64,000 bases of DNA, taken from the NCBI GenBank assembly GCA_964016885.1, contig OZ024745.1:110608001-110672000 (forward strand), given 5' to 3'. The stretch is from Eledone cirrhosa. Taxonomy: Eukaryota. Under the pieces are notes generated by a model. It did no database searches. It was not told the DNA's origin and saw only the letters and a list, made by a program, of their open reading frames with translations. Every line of letters begins with the position of its first letter. The stretch's first letter is position 1. Positions 39,482 through 50,922 of the stretch are shown here, piece by piece. The position numbers and the translations under genes are program-made.

Positions 39482-40824
39482 TACCTTCGGATATTGACCT
39501 TCAACGTATGGCCACGGAACAGCCACCCCTGGACACCTTGGATCTTTCGTCTCCTGAATTTGCAACTGGCAAATTTTCATATCAACCTGTGCCCACTTCG
39601 GACACACAGATTATTTGTGACGCCTCTACGGATTCACCTCGTCCTCTAGTTCCAGCGACTCATCGTCGTGCAGTTTTCGAGACCTTGCACGGTCTAGCAC
39701 ACCCCGGAATATCGACCACAGTGAAGCTCATTTCAGCTAGATTCTTCTGGCCGAATATGAGGCGTGACATCACTGCCTGGACACGTTCCTGCTTGTCCTG
39801 CCAGAAGTCAAAGGTGCACAAACACATCCGCGCACCCCTCGAAACGTTCAGCACTCCAGACGCTCGGTTCAGTCATGTCCATATAGATCTCGTTGGACCA
39901 TGGCCGGTCAGCCAAGGATTTACCTATCTCCTGACCTGTATTGATCGCTTCACACGTTGGCCTGAAGCCATTCCTTTAAGTGACATTTCGGCGGAATCTG
40001 TAGCGCGAGCCCTAGTATCGGGTTGGATATCGCGTTACGGAGTTCCAACCACTGTCACCACGGACCGTGGTAGACAGTTTGAGTCCCATCTCTTCCGAGA
40101 ACTTTCAAGGATCCTGGGAATTAAGCGCATCCAAACGACTAGATATCATCCAGCTTCGAACGGAATGATAGAGCGCTTCCACCGCCAATTGAAAGCCGCC
40201 GCATTGCGCGCTTATCCGGATCAACAGCAATGGAGCGAGTATGTACCAATTGTCCTTCTTGGCTGTCGTGCAGCTATCAAGGAGGATCTAGGATACTCCC
40301 CAGCTGAACTGGTTTACGGGGTACCTATATCTTTGCCGGGTCAGATGTTGACCCCAATGGATTTACCTGAAACAGATCCAGCTCTGTATGTGAACAGACT
40401 GCGATCTTATTTTGACAATCTTCCGCCTATGAACCCTCGGCAACAGACAATAAAGTCTTCGGTCCCGAAAGACATTGCTTCGTGGACCCACGTCTTTCTA
40501 CGGAAGGAGGCCGTGAGAGCTCCTCTCACGTCACCTTATACCGGTCCTTATCGTGTGCTTGCACGCACAGATAAACTGTTCACTCTGGACATTGGTGGTA
40601 AGAAAGAGGCTGTATCCATCGATAGGGTGAAACGGCCTTTACAGACACTCTCACACAAGAGCCCCATATTCCCCTTACATATACTCTGCATCAGCCAACA
40701 CACGCTACACATGCAACATTGCACACACCTTCTCCACCTACACCTACATATGTCACACGTAGTTGTCGCCGAGTGGCCCCAAAAAGCTTTGCAAGACTCT
40801 ATATATATGAACTATGCTATATAG
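39482..40824 (+). pseudogene. Gypsy/Ty3 integrase (5'-truncated pol)
   Basis: HHCC (LHGLAHPG...CLSCQKSK), [39 protein letters not shown] motif (SPYTGPYRV). Confidence 0.95.
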
Positions 40825-41058
40825 AGCAAGCTTTTTGAGTTCTTGTCCTCTCTTGTATTTATATTAAATGCATTAATTAATGTGAACTTTGGACTATTTC
40901 TGCTGCTCAGTTTTAATGTTCCTCTTTTTCTCTGAAGCAAAACGCAGACATTGCTGTGAATTGACATTGTTTATTATATATTTACTGTTATATTTTTTTT
41001 CTTTCTTGCAACTGCTACCCTTTTTTCTCTGTCGGCTTTCAGCCTAAGCAGGGGGTGA

Positions 41059-41410
41059 TGTAGCAGTAATGTATATCCTTTGTAATTAAATGTATTTTCC
41101 TTCGGCGGAAGAAAAATGTTACGGAAGTAAATTGGCTGAAGTGTGAGCCAATCAAAACCTTCGGCGTAGCGATACAAGTAACTGGACTACTTAGACCAGA
41201 GAACGGAAGTTAAGTCAGAAGACCAGTCTCCAGATAAACCTGCTATCGTCAAGACGTCGATTCTTCGACACGCCATATCCTGTCGTATCTCACACATGGA
41301 AATACAGGCAAAATGACTTTCACAGTGTGAAGCAAGAATAAATGAAGTACATACTTATAATGGAGTTTGTCTATTTAATGCCTTCTGATCTAACCTTACT
41401 AACAACTATA
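41059..41410 (+). mobile_element. Gypsy 3' LTR
   Basis: Polypurine tract AAGCAGGGGG immediately upstream, TGTAGCAG start, AATAAA at about 41337, AACAACTATA end. Confidence 0.7.
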
Positions 41411-42318
41411 GCGACTTACATTCTTCATTATAACCTGACGTTAAAATGAAGTTACTAGATCACCACGAATAAAATGAGATAATTATTCAGGTACAACAAC
41501 AGTTTACTCTAGGTACTGTTGAGAAGACATTCTCAGTTATTTGTAATCGAACCTGACAAAATAGAAACTGTCGTAAGAATCGAAGGGGCTTATCTTTGCG
41601 TTTCCACTTGTCTCCAGACTGAATCTCCCTGGTGATGCTCACCTGTTTCGCGTCTGGCCAGAGAATATAGCAAAGCTCACACATTCATTCGCACCAGTCA
41701 TCACAGGACGTCAACACTCAAGGATCAATCACTCCATCATCTTACTCCATGTCATTACTTCCGTGTGTCATCATTACGTTTATTGAGTAGTGGTACGCGT
41801 TTGGCTATTGATCAGCTCAAGGTTCGATCTGTATCGATCTAGCCCGAATCTGGATATATCTTTATATATATATATATATACACACACACACATATATCGA
41901 TCGGTTTTTGTCAAATCGGACCGAGGAAACAATGTTTCCGTTGGTCTTTCCAATTGCTACTACTATCTATCGGTTGAAACTCCAGGTAGAAGGAGCAACG
42001 TGTAATAAAGTGTCTTGTCTCAAGGACATAACGCATCGCCTGGTCCAGGAATCGAACTCACAACCTTACGATTGCGAATCCAGTAACCAATCAAACACAT
42101 GCTTCACACACACAGTATATCTTACATCTCTCTCATTACCACCTGATTCTGTTACCCGGAGATTTACCCATCTGCATTGTTGAGGCTTCCAAAACGGCCA
42201 ATTATATAAATCTGGCTGCTATTTTTAGTGGTGTGGGTTTGTGAGACTCGCTAGGATGCCATGTGCGGTGTTTATTTTTTATATATAGCATACATAGATG
42301 TGTCTAGGATACTAATTT

Positions 42319-42393
42319 ATCACCCACTGATGAGCTTGGATTAGTATTTCTATTCACAATTAACTTTGCGAAACAACAAGTTGTCTGGGTGAT
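42319..42393 (+). ncRNA. Type I hammerhead ribozyme
   Basis: Stem I ATCACCCA/TGGGTGAT, core CTGATGA (42327-42333), stem II closed by GC/GC, GAAA (42370-42373), stem III ACAA-caag-TTGT, GTC cleavage triplet (42383-42385). Confidence 0.8.
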
Positions 42394-43024
42394 TGGTAGT
42401 TACTACAATTCCGGTTTGTATTTATTTTCTTAATTTTTTTCTTAAATTGAGACAAGCGAACCCAATTGTCTATAGTTAGTATTCTTTTTACCTTAGCGAA
42501 TCAGGTCCCTTACGATTTGAACACATATATCTATATATCTGTTCGCTTTTCTTTTATATTCTATTATAATTATATATATATATATATATATATAACTAGA
42601 GATTGATTAACATATAAATAAACATGAATAATCACAGGAGATAATTTTACAAGTGTGTAACCACACATAGCTAGGTAGGTAACTAAATAAAGTTGACCAG
42701 AACTTCAAAAATAGATACCTTATAATATGATTAATCTTCCCTGCATATATTCCATTAAAGAAATATATTTCATCAATTAATCAGATGGTAAACCACAGAA
42801 GTGGAGACTTGGATTTTCAACAAGGAAGAAGTTCCAGCAATCCGTGTTTACACTTCAAGTTCAAATCAGCGACTGGCCAGCACCACGTGTAGTATTTACT
42901 AGAAATACACACATCATACTAGCTTCGTCCCAGTGGCGTGAATAGGGTTATCGACAACTAGAAACAGCAGTCGAGTCCTTTCAACAGAGTTAGCTCTACA
43001 ATTAAGGAGCCGTATTTATATATC

Positions 43025-43257
43025 TATATCCAAAATTAAGATAAATCAAATGAATTTAATCTAAATCAAAATTATGGGTGTCATGCCAGAAAGACATGCG
43101 CCATATCACCCGCAAAATAAGCTCTAAGATTCTAACGAGTAGGATTCTACTCGTTAGAATCTTAGAGCTTATTTTGCGGGTGATATGGCGCATGTCTTTC
43201 TGGCATGACACCCATAATTTTGATTTAGATTAAATTCATTTGATTTATCTTAATTTT

Positions 43258-43264
<7 letters not shown>
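43025..43264. repeat. Perfect 118-bp-arm palindrome
   Basis: Arms 43025-43142 and 43147-43264, loop GATT, TA-rich flanks. Confidence 0.95.
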
Positions 43265-43293
<29 letters not shown>

Positions 43294-43319
43294 AGAGAGA
43301 GAGAGAGAAACACGTATAA

Positions 43320-43640
43320 ATGGAGTCAATTCGTCGATTACAACGACAAGTGTTCCAGTTGATATTATCAACGGAACAGCCTACTCGTGAAATTAACGTG
43401 CAAGTGGCTGAGCGTTCCACAGACACGCGTACGTAGTTCTCACACCTTTACATAGCTCTCAGGGAGATTCAGTGTGACACTGTGTGTGACAAGTCTGGTC
43501 CTTTGAATTACAGGTAAAACACATTTTTACCAGATGGATGAACTCTGGAGCAGCGTGAAATAAAGTGTCTTACTCAAGGACACAAGCGCCGCCGGGAATC
43601 GATCTCATGACCTTAGGATTGTGAGTCGAATACACTAACC
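43320..43640 (-). mobile_element. Second tRNA-derived SINE family
   Basis: Minus head TGGTTAGTGTATTCGACTC...GAGATCGATTCCCGG then GTGTCCTTGAGTAAGACACTTT; partial relatives at about 41990-42105, 11400-11650 and 59580-59750. Confidence 0.7.
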
Positions 43641-43733
43641 ATGAGCTTTCACACGCATAAATACACATATTAAACACACACACACACACTAATAAATACA
43701 TACATACATATATATATATATATTTTTTTTTTT

Positions 43734-43814
<81 letters not shown>

Positions 43815-43816
<2 letters not shown>

Positions 43817-43972
43817 TTAAAATAACATTAAAGTTTAAGCAAAGAATCGGTGCTTTCACACTTAACGGGATCTTCTCAAACTAAAAAAATCAACTGTTCT
43901 TATATATTTGTTATATATTTATCCTTATCAAGCCATCTTTGGATTTTAGTCTTCAAATTTATTATTATTCCT
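43815..43972 (+). mobile_element. Short family B PLE insertion with inverted 5' part
   Basis: 43815-43892 is the reverse complement of 47663-47743; 43893-43972 directly repeats 47756-47835. Confidence 0.75.
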
Positions 43973-44044
43973 ATATATATATATATACAAACACACATAC
44001 ACACGCACACACACCTACATATATACCTACACAAACACATACCT

Positions 44045-46385
44045 GAACTCTATCAGTTTCGTAATTACCACTCTTTCACTAGCCCATCAAACTCTCTCCC
44101 CTCACTATATCCCACTATATGCTTCATTCTATATCGCTTTCACAATTACCCCTCTCTCACTATACCACCAATTCTCTTCCCTTCTCTATATTCCACTATA
44201 TACCTCACTCTCGTTTACTCTCTTAATTCCCGCTCAGGGGCTGGATTGCTGCAATGCACAGCAGCAACACCTGCTCGAGGGTCAAGGTGAACGGCTACCT
44301 CTCGGAGCCGTTCCAAATCAAGCGATCCATCCGACAGGGATGCCCTCTCTCCTCCCTCCTGTATGTGCTGGCTCTCGAGCCACTACTGCGGAAGCTGGAG
44401 CTGTTGCAGGGCATCCCCTTGGAACCGGGATTGCGGAAAGCGGTGTCGGCCTACGCCGATGACGTGACAGTAATGGTGTCGTGCGCCTCGGAAATCGGGC
44501 AGATCGGCACCTTACTGGAGGAATATGAAAGGTTCACAGGAGCCAAGCTGAACCGGGACAAGTCCGTCGGTTTGCAACTCGGGACGTGGAGGGGCAAAAC
44601 GATGCCCTCCGACGGCATCGTCGGACGCTGGACGGAGGGACCGGTGAAGCTGCTCGGGGTCTAGTTCAGACCGGACCTCCAGGTGGAGAAAAACTGGGAC
44701 GAGGTAACGAGCAAGGTATCTGCACTCGCCTAGAAGTGGGCCGAGTGCAAACTATCCCTAAAAGGTCGAGCGGAGGTGGCGAACGCTTATATAGCATCCG
44801 TCATCTACTACCGCTTGACCGTCGTGCCTTGCCCAGAGAAAACACTCGCCAAAATGGAGCGCGCGCTCTTCCGATTTCTTTGGAAGAAGCGGGCTCCTTT
44901 GGTGAAAAGATCCATCTGCTGTCAACACCCTTCGAACGGAGGGCTGGGGATGCCGTGGCTGACGATGCGTAGACACGCATTAAGGCTACGGCAACTCCAG
45001 GTATTCCTCACCGGTCAGCCGGTGTGGGCCCTGTTTGTGAGGCGAGCCTTTCCGAGACTCGTCTCACTCACCGAGCTGCAATCCTGGGTCAAGCAAAGAC
45101 CGAGAAAAGTGGGCGACTGGCACATTGAATGTGCCCAGGCGCTCACGGCCCTCTGGCAAGCGGATCCGGCAATCAGTGGAGACTCAACCTCAACATTCTA
45201 TAGAGGGTTGGTGCGCAGTAAGTGCGACGACGCTCTCGGAGAGGCTCTGGGCATGGAGGAAGATGAGCTGGCCAGTCTGTTCGGTAGGACGTTTGGCCCG
45301 GGACCGATGGACAACTTCCAAAAGTCCCTGGCTTGGCAATGTTACCTAGGAGCTCGACCCGTTCGGGACAAGCTCTACAGACACGGGCTCCCGGGTAGGG
45401 ACTCCTCGAAGAAGATCTGTCCGAGATGCGTGCGTGACGAGGAAACCGTCGCACACGCATTCGTACACTGCCCGGGCGTTGCTGACCTGTGGGGCTATGT
45501 GGAACGACTACTGTCGCGGGTGGGACCAATCCCGTTGACCACCGAGAACATTGTCACGATCAAACCGCCTCCCCCTTTCAAAAACGAAGGAGAGGCGGTT
45601 TTCCTCTGTGTGATAGCCATGGCGAAAGAAGTTGTATGGTGGACAAGGTTGAAAGGGCTGAGGTCAGACACCTTTCTCTCCGGCCAACAACTGGTCTTTT
45701 TTTTTCAAGTACCACTTTAGAAGAAGGATCAGAATGGAGAGAGAGGTGCTCTACCACAGCAAGTTTTATGAAAGGTGGGTGAAAGTAGCGAGAATGGCCC
45801 GAGTGAATGGGCTCTCTCTATATATCAGCCTGTAGGTGAGAGAGGAGAAGAGGAAGGAAGCACCCGCTCTTTGTGCTCCTGAAGAAGAGGGTTGCACATT
45901 TTTTCGGGTGTGTGTGCGACCCCTGTCAACGCCCCTCCCTATTGAGGACATCGATTGTTAAATTTAATTTATGTTTTTTACACGTCTTTTTAAATGTATG
46001 TAAACTCCCCCCTTTGTATTTGTCCCAATCTTTGATGCCCTGGTGGCAAATAAATAGAAATATATATCCCATTACATACCTCACTCTCTTTCACGATTCC
46101 TCCTGTCTCACTCTGTCACCAAATTCTCTCCCTCTCTCTATATTCCACTGCATAACTCACTCTCTTAATTCCGTTTCCCTCATTAAATCAACAAACTCTC
46201 TCTCTCTCTATCCTACTACATACCTCACTCTCTCTCACAATTCCCCCTCTCTTACTAAAACAACAAACCCTCTCCCCCTCACTATGTACCACTACATACC
46301 TCACTCTTTCACATAATTCCCCCCTCCAACTAGACCACTAAATTCTCTCTCCCTCTCTATATTCCACTACATAACTCACTCTTTT
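44045..46385. repeat. CT-rich minisatellite of about 60 bp, split by a LINE
   Basis: CTCTCTATATTCCACTACATACCTCACTCTC-type units at 44045-44229 and 46063-46385. Confidence 0.8.
44230..46062 (+). mobile_element. 5'-truncated Tx1/L1-clade LINE (RT C-half plus zinc finger)
   Basis: RQGCPLSSLLYVLALEPL, AYADDVTV, GGLGMP, CPRC...ETVAHAFVHCP; stops and a frameshift; 3' UTR with AATAAA. Confidence 0.93.
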
Positions 46386-46389
46386 TCAG

Positions 46390-47831
46390 GATGTGTGTAG
46401 CGAATATTTCGTGCTAATAGGAAAAGTGTGTATAGAAAGCTGAATGATACGCTTAATTACATAAGTAAGCATTCTAACCATCCTGCCAACATAACCAAAA
46501 ACCTGGTAAGAAATGTCTCTTTGAGGCTTTCCTGTCTATCTACAAACGAGCATATTTTCGCCGACCATTCCATATATTACAATGAAGCTCTTGCTCGGAG
46601 TGGATTTGTCAATAAGATAGCATATACTAAGTATGAGCATAGATCAAGGACAAAATAGATCCTGACGCATTATATGGTTTAACCCACCATATAATATGGA
46701 AGTGGCCACACCATTAGCTAAGATCTTTCTCTCCATCATTAAGAAGCATTTCCCCTCAGTACATAAATATAATAATATTTTTAATAGAAATACCATTAAA
46801 ATATCTTACTCTACGACTCTTAACCTTGAACATAACATGACTGCTTCAAATTTAGCTAAATTATCTAGCCGTAGGAACACGTGCAACCCTGTAACTAGTA
46901 CTAACTGTAATTGTAGGAATCGGGTTGACAGCCCTCTATCCGGGAAATGCCTCTCCAGTAACATTGTCTACAAATATAAGGTCGAAACACTCACGTCCCG
47001 TAGGGCCTACATACGGTTAACCGTCAATAGATTCAAGCAGCGTCTTTACATGCATACCCATTCTTTTCTTAACTCTTTAAGAACGAATATGACGTCACTT
47101 TCAACTTATATCTGGAGTCTAAAAGACAACCACATCCAATATAGGTTACACTGGGAGATCCTAGCTAAAGCTAGATCGTTCCCCTGGCAGTGGAAACTTC
47201 TGGTGTTGTGTCGGCCCCAGGGCTACCTCCTTACTCACCACCATAGGCGCTGGGCTGGCCAGCCGTAGGTGTGAGCCCCGCGAGTTGGAGTGGCTTTTCC
47301 AGCGCGTCTCCCTTGCCGTCCTCCGGGGAAACGCCTTCTCCATTCTGTCCACCGGGGCTGTGGATGGGCCCCATCGCGTACCATTATATTAGTTAAATAC
47401 CATTCTTTCATCCCAGTAGAGTTAAATAAAGATGTTTGTGGTTCAAAAAAAAATATATATATATAATAGAATATTAGTCTACGACTTTATTTATACCATA
47501 AACGTGGTCTTGTCTTTGCGTGTAATTGTTCTCAGCGCTCCACATAATTACATATTATCTTCGCTTTTTTTCCTTCATTGCCAGGGAACGTCTTCACGAA
47601 CCTAAGTATCGTCTTCCTGTTTTCCTTCGGTTGCAACATTTTTTCGAAATATTTACTTCAGATTGATTTTTTTAGTTTCAGAAGATCCCGTTAAAGGTGA
47701 AAGCAGCGATTCTTTGCTTAAACTTTAATCTGTTATTTTAATAAGTATTTGCTCTACTGTTCTTATATATTTGATATATATTTATCCTTATCGAGCCCTC
47801 TTTGGATTTTAGTCTTCAAATTTATTATTGT

Positions 47832-47835
<4 letters not shown>
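46390..47835 (+). mobile_element. Neptune-type Penelope-like element (RT thumb, GIY-YIG, 3' terminal region)
   Basis: YRKLNDTLNYISKHSNHP, WFNPPY, IFNRNTIKISYS, CNCR...PLSGKCL..NIVY...YIRLT..RFKQRL..H, TSLSTYIWSLK; interrupted at 47181 by a CRE fragment; ends in (TA)n. Confidence 0.9.
47181..47453 (+). mobile_element. CRE-clade LINE 3' fragment
   Basis: PLAVETSGV..GPRATSLLTTIGAGLASRRCEPRELEWLFQRVSLAVLRGNAFSILSTG, AATAAA, poly(A). Confidence 0.85.
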
Positions 47836-47893
<58 letters not shown>

Positions 47894-48216
47894 ACACATA
47901 TATATCTATATGTATACACACACACATATATATGGGCCTCCCAATTTCATTTTACATTATATACATGTCTGTGTATGTTTTAATTATTTAAAAATTATTT
48001 TTAAGTGAACATAGTTTTAAAAGAATATTTAGAAGTGAACGTGAGCCAACGGGTCACGGGTGATCTACTTATCAATAAAGAGAAACCTATTTCCTTATAA
48101 GACACTTAGCCGAGTATTATAACTAAATGTGATTATTCGGATGTGAAGAATGCACTACCTCTATGTATGGGTTCGTATGTCTGATGTCATTCTAAAAATA
48201 CGTAATAATCACAAAG

Positions 48217-48555
48217 AACTCAGGTGTACTTGGACCCCGTACAGTCGAACTCCTCCGCAACATCGGAACGTCGGTGGCCCGTCTGAGGAAGGAGCCCCGC
48301 GAGGTGGCGTGGCTGTTGCCGCAGGTGTCGCTGGCCATTGCCCGCGGGAATGTTTTTGCGGTCTTGTCCGCGGGGCGCAGCCTCTTTACCGCTGCACCTT
48401 AGGCCCAGAACCCAATTACCTTCCCTCTCTCCCTGTGACACTAGAATCCTTGCTATTGCCTCTCTTTTCCTTGTTTTTTCTCTTTTTCCTTTATATTTTC
48501 CTATTTTACATTCCATTCTTCTCAATCTAAATGTTCTCTTTTTTTTTTCTATTAA
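48217..48555 (+). mobile_element. CRE-clade LINE 3' fragment
   Basis: SGVLGPRTVELLRNIGTSVARLRKEPREVAWLLPQVSLAIARGNVFAVLSAG plus pyrimidine-rich UTR. Confidence 0.85.
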
Positions 48556-49072
48556 AATGTATATACAAGATATATTCCATAAATAAAAATTAAGCTAATA
48601 ATTTGTAAACATACAATAAATTTATTCAGGATATTTCACAAAAATTACAAAGTACATGAAAACAATCGTATTTGTACATATACACATCCTTCGCCGAATT
48701 TCGCTTCTCAGTCTTCGCAATATGAGAAAAGACTCGATAGTTTTCAGAACTTGATACACGTCATAGATATTGGCAAATTGAGTCAGAGGATGAAGCATTA
48801 TCAATCATCCGTTCGTGTCGTAGAATGACTAGTTTGTGACGTTTGGAAAATATACAAGTCCCGGTAAATAAACCAAGAAGAAACCCGAATAAAAACATTT
48901 GCTAATATAAAGCAATAGAAAGGGGCTGTGTGTATGCTTTTTTTTTTTTTTTATCTTGGCGGTTTTTTCGTTTCTAGGTCCCCTGAAAATGAATTCAATG
49001 AGCGCCGAAAGAAAATAAGGACATACATACTCGTACATCAGTCAAGATTGTGTCTGATGTTTCTATGTACAA

Positions 49073-49229
49073 CTCTAACCATCCTCCGGGGAAACACCTT
49101 CTCTATTTTGTCCGCCGGGGTAGCGGGGCGGCCAGCGCGTGGACCCCCAATTTGCTCATAATAGTGAGAGATGGGAAGAGCGGGAGACACGGAGGCAATG
49201 GCAGTTTGGTTCTTTTGTGTTCGGACCCG

Positions 49230-49232
<3 letters not shown>
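49073..49232 (+). mobile_element. CRE-clade LINE extreme 3' fragment
   Basis: LTILRGNTFSILSAG. Confidence 0.6.
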
Positions 49233-49295
<63 letters not shown>

Positions 49296-49298
<3 letters not shown>

Positions 49299-49770
49299 GG
49301 GGCTCCCAAAGGAGCACTGAGTGCAATGTCAACTCTGGATGTCGGTGAGCATGTCCAGCTAACCTCAATCTCCTCTGTGTCACTTTTGAGCTGACTTTTG
49401 GGATGCTCCCATACAGCTCTGAGTTTTTCATCCTCAGTGTATACTGATTAATGTTCAGAGCCATCCTCAGCATTCTCGTGTAGCACCCATCCACCATCTG
49501 AGTGAGTTTCTTGGTCAATGTCCAAGTCTCAGACCCATACAGCAGCACAGACTCCACTACAGCAATGAAGAGGCGGATTTTCAGGTCTTTACGAAGGTCC
49601 GACTTCCACACCGATCTCAAGCTGTGGCATGGACACACTAGAAGAGGAAGACCAAGGTTAACGTATGTTGATGCCCTAAGGACAGACACTGGTCTGTTGG
49701 AGACGCAGGGCATGGCAACGATAATGAGGGACAGAGACCGCTGGAGAGAACTCGTCCATGAATCTCGTCC
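49296..49770 (+). mobile_element. RTE-clade LINE with inverted 5' part
   Basis: Minus 49296-49615 VESVLLYGSETWTL...RRLRLAGHAHRH...LLWEPQH; plus 49628-49770 continues HGHTRRGRPRLTYVD...DRDRWR. Confidence 0.9.
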
Positions 49771-49846
49771 ATATATGTGTGTGTGTTTGTGTGTGTGTGC
49801 GTGTGTTTCACGGACACACTCACGCAACTGTTACATAGACTATATA

Positions 49847-49950
49847 CAAGGTGTCCCCCAAAAATGTATACACACCTCAACAGCATTCTAATAAATATTG
49901 CCTGTACAGTTAATGAAAGTGTGCATACGTTGTTTTGGGGGGACACCCTG
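49847..49950. mobile_element. Tc1/mariner MITE
   Basis: TA-CAAGGTGTCCCCCAAAA...TTTTGGGGGGACACCCTG-TA. Confidence 0.85.
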
Positions 49951-50474
49951 TACATTATTACCATATCCTCTATATAGAAAACTGTTTTAAAATAACTTCG
50001 TCTAAACTGTTTTAAAATAACTTCAATGTCAGCGTCATGGAAACGAAAAAGTGTCTTTTTTTTCTTTTAGAGTGGGCCATCAGATATTCCCAAGGCTTTC
50101 AATCGCCGAGTTGATGTACTGGCTTAGTCCCCACTATTCACAGGTTCTGTCTGCGTTTGCAGCCAGTATATGTAACATAGATCTTCTTCCAATAACAATA
50201 GTGAAATCTTGAAGAAGTCACAATTTTTTATGTATATTTTTTTAATTATAATATTAAATTACAATATAAATTAATCTAATTAGAACAATGATTATCATAA
50301 TATTATATGATATATTTACTTTGGAAAATTTTACGTCTTCTTCTTTTCCATACGGTCGTTCGACCTGCTACAAATAGCAGTCACAGTTCCCTCATATTGT
50401 ATTATACCCTACATTCTTCAAAGGTATTCTGTCTTTCTTTTTTTTATTTTTAGATATTGTCTAGTGGTAAGACA

Positions 50475-50534
<60 letters not shown>

Positions 50535-50650
50535 ATGATTCCAGCAGACAACTGATGAAGGAAAATTTTCTCCCGTTTATACTTTCCTCTTATTTATAAG
50601 TACACCTTATCCAGCAACTACACAATCCCTGTTTCTTCTTATATATATAT

Positions 50651-50881
50651 AACGAAGGAATTGTGGTAACGAACCAGATGGACCATAACGCAAAAGAGTA
50701 CTCAATACTTAGGGTAGTAGAGTGGGTAATAGGAAAAAGTATGACCCCGACGGCAGAGCTCAAGCCGTTTCGACGGCTATTTCTGTACTAAATTAGGATT
50801 TTTACCAGGCTAAAAATTATAATTTAGTCCAGAAATAGCCGTCGAAACGGTTTGAGCTCTGCCGTCGGGGTCATACTTTTT

Positions 50882-50886
<5 letters not shown>
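50651..50886 (-). mobile_element. Fold-back PLE-like element, family A copy 2
   Basis: Arms 50729-50785/50830-50886 with a 44-nt self-complementary spacer; same ends as 4759-4952; (TA)n flanks. Confidence 0.7.

Positions 50887-50922
<36 letters not shown>

Noticed and set aside
42810-42990. GAAACAGCAGTC as part of a hammerhead
   Set aside because: No CTGANGA core or convincing stem I partner upstream; may still be PLE-derived
50545-50600. CAACTGATGAAGG hammerhead 5' half
   Set aside because: No downstream GAAA/stem III/stem I; only a possible truncated PLE end
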